Shown here one piece after another: positions 1 through 7,249 of a DNA stretch of 27,971 nt. The stretch lies in NCBI GenBank assembly GCA_031969975.1, contig DALYJI010000033.1:4095-32065 (forward strand), given 5' to 3'. Numbering within the stretch: the first letter of the stretch is position 1; every line of letters begins with the position of its first letter. The position numbers and the translations under genes are program-made. This DNA is from Coleofasciculaceae cyanobacterium CTOTU46613 (GTDB lineage Bacteria; Cyanobacteriota; Cyanobacteriia; Cyanobacteriales; Coleofasciculaceae). The notes under the pieces are model-generated. The model saw only the letters and a program-made list of their open reading frames with translations. It ran no database searches and was not told where the DNA came from.

Positions 1-730
1 TTGGCACTGCCCAAAATGGCACAGGTAACGAGCTTGACAACACCATCACAGGTAATGAGCTGGACAATATCCTCGACGGAGGTAGTGGTAATGATACCCT
101 GATTGGTGGTTTAGGCAACGACACCTATATTATTGATAGCGCTGGAGATAGCATTACTGAAAATGCTAATGAAGGCACGGATATAGTGCAATCTAGCCTT
201 GCTAGCTATACCTTAGGCAGCAATCTGGAAAACCTGAGTTTGATTGGCACTGCCCAAAATGGCACAGGTAACGAGCTTGACAACACCATCACAGGTAACG
301 AGCTGGACAATATCCTTGAGGGAGGTAGTGGTAATGATACCCTAATCGGTGGTTTAGGCAATGACACTTACATTATTGATAGCACTGGGGACGCGATCGC
401 TGAAAACCTTAACGAAGGCACCGATACTATTCTTTCTAGCCTAGAGAGCTACACCTTAGGCAATAACCTGGAAAATCTGGTACTGGTAGGCTTGGCTCAA
501 AACGGTACTGGTAACGAACTCGCCAATACCGTGACAGGCAATGAAGGTAATAACAGCCTCAATGGAGGAGGTGGCAATGATATCCTGTTTGGCAATGCTG
601 GTGCCGATACCCTTACAGGAGCAGCCGGTGCAGATACCCTTGATGGTAGTGAAGGGGATGATAACCTCAACGGTGGTGTAGGAACGGATTTGCTCCTAGG
701 TGGTGCAGGCAATGATGTTCTCACTGGTGG
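1..730 (+). repeat. 243-bp (81-codon) tandem direct repeat inside the RTX gene: 2 near-identical copies (1-243, 244-486) plus a diverged third copy, probably continuing upstream of the window
   Basis: TTGGCACTGCCCAAAATGGCACAGGTAACGAGCTTGACAACACCATCACAGGTAA(T/C)GAGCTGGACAATATCCT... at 1 recurs at 244 with only a few substitutions (e.g. GCTGGAGATAGCATTACTGAAAATGCTAATGAAGGCACGGATATAGTG vs ACTGGGGACGCGATCGCTGAAAACCTTAACGAAGGCACCGATACTATT). The third copy, from about 491, is diverged (CTTGGCTCAAAACGGTACTGGTAACGAACTCGCCAATACC). Confidence 0.85.
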
Positions 731-1088
731 TGATAGCAATGACATTTTAGTAGGTGGTATCGGCAATGACACCATTACAGGCGGTGCAGGCAGCGATACG
801 ATTCGCTATGCCAATAGTGATGGCCAAGACAGAATTAACGCATTCACCGCAGGCGTAGGTGGAGACATCCTCTCATTCAGCGGCATGACTACTGCGCTTG
901 ATGTCCGCCTAGTCACCACAGCCACGGCGGGTACTAATACACAAATCCGAGTCAGCGATGGCATTAGTGGAAACTCAGGTTTTGGACAAGGGGAATTGTT
1001 AATGACTCTGATTGGTGTCGCCTTGACCCAAGCGGATATCACCACCAACGTTGACGCAACTAACAGACCTACTTTCCTGTTCTCCTAA
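1..1088 (+). CDS. RTX / hemolysin-type calcium-binding repeat protein (5'-partial; the reading frame is open from window position 3, so the gene starts upstream of the window)
   Basis: The frame of the listed ORF 186..1088 has no stop back to nt 3. Translation shows repeated GGxGxDxL/I nonapeptides (GGSGNDTLIGGLGNDTYIID, GGGGNDILFGNAGADTLTGAAGADTLDGSEGDDNLNGGVGTDLLLGGAGNDVL), which are typical RTX beta-roll. There are larger ~81-aa repeats with a SYTLGxNLENL motif, and a non-repeat C-terminal ~90 aa. The antisense ORFs inside it are artefacts of the Gly/Asp codon repeats. Confidence 0.8.
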   Translation, partial: GTAQNGTGNELDNTITGNELDNILDGGSGNDTLIGGLGNDTYIIDSAGDSITENANEGTDIVQSSLASYTLGSNLENLSLIGTAQNGTGNELDNTITGNELDNILEGGSGNDTLIGGLGNDTYIIDSTGDAIAENLNEGTDTILSSLESYTLGNNLENLVLVGLAQNGTGNELANTVTGNEGNNSLNGGGGNDILFGNAGADTLTGAAGADTLDGSEGDDNLNGGVGTDLLLGGAGNDVLTGGDSNDILVGGIGNDTITGGAGSDTIRYANSDGQDRINAFTAGVGGDILSFSGMTTALDVRLVTTATAGTNTQIRVSDGISGNSGFGQGELLMTLIGVALTQADITTNVDATNRPTFLFS

Positions 1089-1303
1089 TTGAAAGCGCGA
1101 TCGCTTTTGATGCACTCAATGCGATCGCATCTTGTCAAAGTTTGGCAAAACAGTTTGCCATTGATCTGCGTGAGCTACCGCGTAACACACCCTACTAATA
1201 GAGGCTGTGCGTAAGTCTCAAACAAGTTACAAGCGATCGGATTTGCAGTGCATTACGTACTCTCAGATATCAATCAACTTATCTCAAAACAGAGGACTAA
1301 ATC

Positions 1304-2554
1304 ATGGCTATCAAAAATGGAACAGAACTGCCCGATACTCTTACAGGTACTACGAACGCCGACACGCTGCGTGGTTTTGGCGGCGACGACCTACTAAATG
1401 GTTTAGGCGGTAATGACCTGCTCCGAGGCGGGAACGATAAAGATACCCTGCTTGGTGGAGGTGGCGCTGACAGGCTCTTTGGGGATGCAGGCGAGGATTC
1501 TTTGTATGGTGAAGCTGGCAATGACACCCTCTATGGCGGGACGAGCCTTAGCGATGTTCTTGATGGCAAAGACCTCCTTGATGGTGGTAGTGGCAATGAC
1601 TGGGTATATAGCGGTTTCGAGGATACCGCGATGGGTGGTGCGGGAAATGACACTCTGGTTGGTAGTTTATATAATGATCTGCTATACGGCGATGATGCAG
1701 AGGGTTTCGTTCTGGGTGGTGCTGACTCGCTCGTAGGTGGAGATGGCAATGATACCCTTTACGGCGAAGCTAACGACACCATTAGCGGTGGCAACGATAC
1801 CATCTTAGGCGGAGGTGGCGATGACGTTCTCTATGGCTATGCCGGTAATGACTCCCTCGTGGGCGGTGATGGTGTTGATACCCTCGTCGGTGGCGACGGC
1901 AACGACGTTTTAGATGGCGGCGCTGGCTCCAGTACACTGTTGGGCGGCGCTGGCTTAGAAACCATCACGGGTGGTGTTGAAAGTGACTACATTGATGGTG
2001 GCGAAGGCGTTGACAGCCTTTTAGGTGGCGGTGGTGATGACACCATTTATGGGGATTTCGGAGTAGCAGATTCGTTGTCTGGCAATGATGTCCTCAATGG
2101 TCAAGCCGGAAATGACATCCTTGATGGCGGCTTTGGTGCCGATCGCATCATCGGAGGCGCTGGCTTTGACATTCTCTATGGTGGTGAAGATGGAGAAACC
2201 CAAACCGCCCGCGATACGCTGACTGGCGGCGCTGATGCTGACCTATTCCAGTTGGCAAGCACAGACTTTTTGCTAGAGCCTGTTGAGCCTAGTTTCCCAC
2301 CAGAACCCGTACCACCAGAACCTGTTGGCGACCTGATTACTGATTTCCAGGATGGGATCGACTTGATCGAGTATGAGTTTGTCAATGACTTTAGTGAATT
2401 GATTATCATTGGCAACGGTACTTCTAGCGTTACTATCAGCGTTGTGAATCAAGGTATCCCTGGAGAAATACCTGACTACACAGAATTGGTCGCTCAGTTG
2501 AATGGGGCAGGTGGCTCCATCATCACGCTCACAGAAGCAGACTTCCTGATTTAA
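1304..2554 (+). CDS. RTX / hemolysin-type calcium-binding repeat protein with a Pro-rich linker and a distinct C-terminal domain
   Basis: The 416-aa ORF has many GGxGxDxLxG nonapeptides (GGNDLLRGGNDKDTLLGGGGADRLFGDAGEDSLYGEAGNDTLYGG; GGDGNDVLDGGAG; GQAGNDILDGGFGADRIIGGAGFDILYGG). The repeats are followed by PVEPSFPPEPVPPEPV and a ~90-aa non-repeat tail, a possible T1SS-type C-terminal secretion region. A start codon with aggac upstream sits at 1304. Confidence 0.8.
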   Translation: MAIKNGTELPDTLTGTTNADTLRGFGGDDLLNGLGGNDLLRGGNDKDTLLGGGGADRLFGDAGEDSLYGEAGNDTLYGGTSLSDVLDGKDLLDGGSGNDWVYSGFEDTAMGGAGNDTLVGSLYNDLLYGDDAEGFVLGGADSLVGGDGNDTLYGEANDTISGGNDTILGGGGDDVLYGYAGNDSLVGGDGVDTLVGGDGNDVLDGGAGSSTLLGGAGLETITGGVESDYIDGGEGVDSLLGGGGDDTIYGDFGVADSLSGNDVLNGQAGNDILDGGFGADRIIGGAGFDILYGGEDGETQTARDTLTGGADADLFQLASTDFLLEPVEPSFPPEPVPPEPVGDLITDFQDGIDLIEYEFVNDFSELIIIGNGTSSVTISVVNQGIPGEIPDYTELVAQLNGAGGSIITLTEADFLI

Positions 2555-2689
2555 GAAATGGCTGTGTACCTGGGTCAACCAGATACACGCATCTGATGCT
2601 AAATTTGGTTGTGAAATCTTGCATTCTGTTCATCTCCTGCTGTCTCTGGGCAAAGAGACGGCAGGAAATTAGTACTAAAATAACGAAGG

Positions 2690-4945
2690 ATGCGTATTCT
2701 ATTTTTACATCCTAATTTTCCTGCCCAATTCCGTCATCTGGCTGCGGCGCTCGCCAACGATAAACGTCACCAAGTAGTATTCGGCACTACCCGTCGCGAA
2801 GGTCATCTACCCGGTGTCACCAAGATGATTTATAGCCCAAAACGAGAAGCTCGACCGGAAACTCACCACTATGTCCGTCCCCTAGAAAACGCCGTAATTC
2901 AAGGTCAGGCTGTCTATCGCATGGCAGAGCAACTGAAGGCACGCGGATTTGTTCCCGATGTCGTCTATGGACATTCGGGTTGGGGGCCAACTTTATTAAT
3001 GAAAGATATATTTCCAAAAGCTAAATTACTGTGCTATTTTGAATGGTTTTATCATGCTCATGGCTCTGATGCTGACTTTGACCCAACTGAACAGCTAAGT
3101 GCTGACGATGAAGCCCGGATTCGGCTGAAAAATGCGCCGATTTTGATGGATTTATATAGTTGCGATCGCGGCCTTTCTCCCACCCACTGGCAGCGCCAGC
3201 AATTTCCAGTAGAAAATCAAAGTAAAATTACGGTACTTCATGATGGCATTGATACCAACTTCTTTAGCCCCAAGCCAGGAGCTAAGTTGGTTCTGCGCCA
3301 AATCAATCTAGACCTATCTCATGTGGCAGAACTCGTTACCTATGTAGGTCGAGGCATGGAACCTTACCGGGGTTTTCCGCAATTTATTGAAGCAATCTAC
3401 TTACTTCAACAGCGCCGACCCCAATGTCATGTTGTCATTGTTGGGGAAGATCGAGTTGCTTATGGGAAGTCTCTGCCAGATGGCAAAACCTATAAGCAGT
3501 TGATGTTAGAAAAATTCCCCTTAGACTTGTCTAGAGTTCACTTTACAGGACATCTCCCTTACGAAGAATATCTACAAGTTCTGCAAGCTTCTTCTGTCCA
3601 TATTTATTTGACTCGCCCCTTTGTTTTATCCTGGTCAATGTTGGAAGCTTTATCTACAGGTTGTTTGATTGTGGGTTCCAACACAGCCCCAGTAACTGAG
3701 GTCATCCAAGATGGGGTAAACGGTCTCATCGCAGAGTTCTTTTCACCAGCAGAAATTGCCGATCGAATTGAGGAAGCGTTGAATCATCCCGATCGCATGA
3801 ATCAAATCCGCACGCAAGCAAGGCAAATTATTCAGGAACGTTACGATCTGTCGCTGTTACTGCCCCAGCACTTACAGTGGATTCAGCAGGATATCGGCGA
3901 TAGTCAGATTCTGCTATGGCAGGGAACTCAGTCAAAGTCAGCCACTATCATCCCAGCCAACGAACCGCATGGGAAAGATCAAGAGTCGGAACGCTCATCC
4001 ACGCCAGAGCTAGTTCCGATCGCTCAGGGGAACGAGTCAAATGGCATTCCTAAAGCCAACAAGGCTTCAGTTAAACCAAAGCAAGTTGCGATCGCTCAGG
4101 GTTTTGGCTCAAAAGGAAAACCTAAAAGCACGAAGCATTCACCTACACCAAACCTAGCCGCTACTACCAATAGTTTCAGCTCGAAGGGAAAATCCAAAGA
4201 TCAGGAACAGCCATCTGCAACAGATTCAGGTATCTTACAAATTTGCGATCGCACCGTGACGGGGACTGAACTGGTTGTTCTGCTGAATCAATACCAACTG
4301 CTGCCAAAGCTTCAGCAAGAGATCGTAATTGAGGATGCGATCGCGCCCTTTAGCTGCACCCTGGAAGAGAAAGTCCAGTGCTGCCAGGACTTCTACGATC
4401 GGCATCAGTTGACATCCGACACGGTACGTCAAACCTGGTTGCAGCAGCAGAGCATGACAGAAGCCCAATTAATCAACCTGGCAACCCGGCAACTGAGAAT
4501 TGAAAAGTTTAAAGAAGCCACCTGGGGTAGCGAATTGGAAACCTACTTTCTCAAGCGCAAGTGCCAACTCGACCAATTCGTCTACTCCCTAATTCGTCTT
4601 CGGGATGCTGAAACTGCCCAGGAAATTTACTGCCGCTTGCAAGAAGGGGAACAGCCTTTTGCTGAATTGGCACAGCAATATTCCCAGGGTGTAGAAGCTA
4701 AGACGGGTGGCTTAATTGGTCCAGTGGGATTGAGTAACGCTCATCCTCAACTCGCCCAACTCATCAGAACCAGCCAACCAGGGCAGCTATTGCCTCCTAT
4801 TGCCATCGCAGATTTGTGGGTGATTGTGCGGTTAGAAAAGTTTTTGCCTGCTCAACTAGATGAACTAATGCGGCAGCAGTTACTCAACGAACTATTCGCT
4901 AACTGGCTCAAGGAACAACTTCAAAAACCTGCAATATCATTATAA
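2690..4945 (+). CDS. Glycosyltransferase family 1 (GT4-type) N-terminal domain fused through a low-complexity S/K/P-rich linker to a degenerate parvulin/PpiC-type peptidyl-prolyl isomerase-like C-terminal domain
   Basis: The N-terminal ~400 aa have the GT1 architecture (MRILFLHPNFP..., VGRGMEPYRGFPQFIEA..., SWSMLEALSTGCLIVGSNTAPVTEVIQDGVNGL, which is EX7E-like). The C-terminal ~100 aa (VYSLIRLRDAETAQEIYCRLQEGEQPFAELAQQYSQGVEAKTGGLIGPVGLSNAHPQLAQLI...LWVIVRLEKF) align in pattern to E. coli PpiC (LHILVK..A..LLEQIKNG.DFGKLAKKHS..PSGKRGGDLGEF.QGQMVPAFDKVVF...). The two parvulin catalytic His positions are replaced (S/L and L/V). Confidence 0.75.
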   Translation: MRILFLHPNFPAQFRHLAAALANDKRHQVVFGTTRREGHLPGVTKMIYSPKREARPETHHYVRPLENAVIQGQAVYRMAEQLKARGFVPDVVYGHSGWGPTLLMKDIFPKAKLLCYFEWFYHAHGSDADFDPTEQLSADDEARIRLKNAPILMDLYSCDRGLSPTHWQRQQFPVENQSKITVLHDGIDTNFFSPKPGAKLVLRQINLDLSHVAELVTYVGRGMEPYRGFPQFIEAIYLLQQRRPQCHVVIVGEDRVAYGKSLPDGKTYKQLMLEKFPLDLSRVHFTGHLPYEEYLQVLQASSVHIYLTRPFVLSWSMLEALSTGCLIVGSNTAPVTEVIQDGVNGLIAEFFSPAEIADRIEEALNHPDRMNQIRTQARQIIQERYDLSLLLPQHLQWIQQDIGDSQILLWQGTQSKSATIIPANEPHGKDQESERSSTPELVPIAQGNESNGIPKANKASVKPKQVAIAQGFGSKGKPKSTKHSPTPNLAATTNSFSSKGKSKDQEQPSATDSGILQICDRTVTGTELVVLLNQYQLLPKLQQEIVIEDAIAPFSCTLEEKVQCCQDFYDRHQLTSDTVRQTWLQQQSMTEAQLINLATRQLRIEKFKEATWGSELETYFLKRKCQLDQFVYSLIRLRDAETAQEIYCRLQEGEQPFAELAQQYSQGVEAKTGGLIGPVGLSNAHPQLAQLIRTSQPGQLLPPIAIADLWVIVRLEKFLPAQLDELMRQQLLNELFANWLKEQLQKPAISL

Positions 4946-4948
4946 TCA

Positions 4949-5815
4949 ATGCGAATTCTAATTACAATCCCCCACTTTTTTAAACCGAAAGACAATAGTA
5001 GGCACGGTTCCCAACGCAAAGACCCTCAGTCCCGCCTAGAAGCATTAAGTAAAAGCCTTGCTGCCTTACACCAGCTATTTGGTAAATCTCAGAGTATTAT
5101 CAATATCAATCAGCGATTAGCTTTTCCGGTTAACCAGCCCCAGGCTCACGAGCTAGATATCGTCATCTGTACAACTAGAGACTGTCATCTGCTAAATCAA
5201 CTTTCCTTACCCGCTCATTTCTATCAGCATTATCCCACTCAGGTAGAACCTTTGTTCCTGGGGTTTGAATGCCAAGCAATCTTGCGGGATTGTCTCGAAC
5301 AGTATGATTATTATTGCTTCCTCGAAGATGATCTGATCCTCCACGATCCCTGGTTTTTTAATAAATTAAGCTGGTTTACCAAGGAGGCAGGAGATCTGTG
5401 CTTGCTCCAACCTAATCGTTATGAAATCTCCACCTATGCTCTCACCTGTAAAGCCTACGTTGACGGCGATTTAGCTTCACGAGTCACCGAGCGCTTTCAA
5501 AATGTAAAAGAGCGATCGCAACTACAAAGCAACATTATGGGGGTTCCTATCACCTTCCAACGCGCTCTCAATCCTCATTCTGGTTGCTACTTTTTGAATG
5601 CCAATCAGATAGCTCATTGGGCGCAGCAATCTCACTTTCTTGATCGCGATACCAGTTTTGTTAGCCCGCTGGAAAGTGCTGCCACTTTGGGAATTATGAA
5701 GACATTCCTAGTCTACAAATCAGTACCGCAACAGGCAAGCTTTTTGGAAATCCAGCACTATGGAACGAGATTTTTAGATCTTATTGGGGAACAGGTAGAT
5801 TTAGCAATATGCTAA
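4949..5815 (+). CDS. Hypothetical protein, possibly a GT-A-like nucleotide-sugar transferase (weak), probably co-transcribed with the upstream glycosyltransferase
   Basis: The 288-aa ORF starts 4 nt after the stop of the GT gene. It has no recognisable family motif other than a DxD-like acidic patch (DYYCFLEDDLIL) after a hydrophobic beta-strand-like segment (LDIVICTT). Its codon usage resembles the neighbours. Confidence 0.45.
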   Translation: MRILITIPHFFKPKDNSRHGSQRKDPQSRLEALSKSLAALHQLFGKSQSIININQRLAFPVNQPQAHELDIVICTTRDCHLLNQLSLPAHFYQHYPTQVEPLFLGFECQAILRDCLEQYDYYCFLEDDLILHDPWFFNKLSWFTKEAGDLCLLQPNRYEISTYALTCKAYVDGDLASRVTERFQNVKERSQLQSNIMGVPITFQRALNPHSGCYFLNANQIAHWAQQSHFLDRDTSFVSPLESAATLGIMKTFLVYKSVPQQASFLEIQHYGTRFLDLIGEQVDLAIC

Positions 5816-5866
5816 GCCTGGTCTTAGGTAGTAAATTATCAATGGGTAATGGGAATTAAAGAACAA

Positions 5867-7060
5867 TTACCAATTACCTATTAACATTTCCACTAACTGG
5901 TCAATCTCACTATACTCAGTAAAGTAGTGAACGCAGGCACGAATGCAGTCTGGATTGTAAAGGGTTCGGAGATAGAAGCCTTGTTTTTCTAATAGTTGTA
6001 CTACTTGCTTAGAGGATTGGCTATTCGTCATGACAAAGGAAACCAAACCAGCTTGAGGGGGTGAAGTTAATAAACAACGGATAGAGTCTAATTGAGATAA
6101 ACGCTGCCACAGGTACTGACTGAGTTGGCAAATTTGTTGGTAACGATCTTCTGGCGTTCCCCATTGCTGCTGAAGAGCGATCGCTTCTCGCAATCCCGCA
6201 TAAAGGGGGTAAGCCGAAGTAGCGACTTCAAAGCGCTTGCCATCGGGTTGCCAACTCACGATATCACCCGTTGCATTAGTGACAGTACTACGCCAACCAA
6301 TAAAGCTAGGGTTAAGGCTGGCTAAAGCATCAGGTCTCACGTAGAGACCCCCAAGACCTTCTGGTCCGCACCACCACTTGTGACCTGTAAAGGCGTAGAA
6401 ATCTGCTTCTAGTTCTGTCAAATTCAAGGGTAGAACTCCTACGGACTGAGCCGCATCTACTAAAATCCGGATGGGTTGGTTATCCGTCGGATAGTTATGA
6501 CAAGCCTTCACAATTTCGGCTAGCGGCAGCACTTGACCCGTGTTCCATAGGATATGACTCAGCACTACTAAGCGCGTGCGAGGTGTCAGGTGTTCCACAA
6601 TCACTGCTGTCGGATCTCCCCCGTTCAGCGTTGCCATAATTGGACAGGTGGATACTTCCACGCCAAACCGCCGTCCGATTTCTGTGGCAGCAGCGAGAAT
6701 GCCGGGATGTTCGCAATCAGTGAGGAGTAAGCGATCGCCAGCTTGCCAGTCAATTCCCCACAAGGCAATATTGCAGCCAATGCTGACATTTTCGGTAAGG
6801 GTGATGGTTTCTGGAGGTGCTTCCAGTTCTTTGGCGATGACTTGTCGGGTTTGGTTAGTTTCCTGAAGTAACCAGCCATAGACCCCACCGGAAAATGGCC
6901 CGTGCTTCTGGATATAGTGATAGGAGTTTTGGATCGCTGCCAGGGAGGCTAAGGATAGCGGGCCTTGACCGCCAAAGTTGAAATAGGCTTTGTTCGCTAA
7001 GGCCGGGAATTGCTGTCGGTAGCGTTCGAGCCGAGTTGATGCACCGTAGATATCAGACAT
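5867..7060 (-). CDS. Aminotransferase class V-fold PLP-dependent enzyme (cysteine desulfurase / isopenicillin-N epimerase-like)
   Basis: The 397-aa ORF has a PLP-lysine motif context (FYAFTGHKWWCGPEGLGGLYVRPD), similar to the HK(x)GPxGxGxLY region of NifS/SufS/CsdA-like enzymes. The N-terminal FNFGGQGPLS and DAAQSVG segments are typical of fold-type I class V. Confidence 0.8.
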   Translation of the reverse strand: MSDIYGASTRLERYRQQFPALANKAYFNFGGQGPLSLASLAAIQNSYHYIQKHGPFSGGVYGWLLQETNQTRQVIAKELEAPPETITLTENVSIGCNIALWGIDWQAGDRLLLTDCEHPGILAAATEIGRRFGVEVSTCPIMATLNGGDPTAVIVEHLTPRTRLVVLSHILWNTGQVLPLAEIVKACHNYPTDNQPIRILVDAAQSVGVLPLNLTELEADFYAFTGHKWWCGPEGLGGLYVRPDALASLNPSFIGWRSTVTNATGDIVSWQPDGKRFEVATSAYPLYAGLREAIALQQQWGTPEDRYQQICQLSQYLWQRLSQLDSIRCLLTSPPQAGLVSFVMTNSQSSKQVVQLLEKQGFYLRTLYNPDCIRACVHYFTEYSEIDQLVEMLIGNW

Positions 7061-7249
7061 AAAAGCGATCGCGAACAGTTGGCTAGCATGATTGTAAAGC
7101 TGGTGCGCTTCCCGCGATCGCTTTCTCCCCCATATCTGCTGTAGGGGCGACCCGCGGTGAATGGTTCAGGTGGATGCGAAGAGGATTTATTGGGTCGCCC
7201 ACGCTCGCCCCTGCATATAACATATATCCCACATGGCGGTGATAATGGG

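Noticed and set aside
497-1048. Antisense ORFs 497..775(-) and 806..1048(-) inside the first RTX gene; similarly 1297..1527(-), 1531..1749(-), 1413..1736(+) and 2021..2578(-) inside the second RTX gene
   Set aside because: These are Pro/Ser/Ala-rich translations of the reverse strand of GGxGxD codon repeats. Such shadow ORFs are expected in Gly/Asp-rich repeat genes. They have no start context or motif support.
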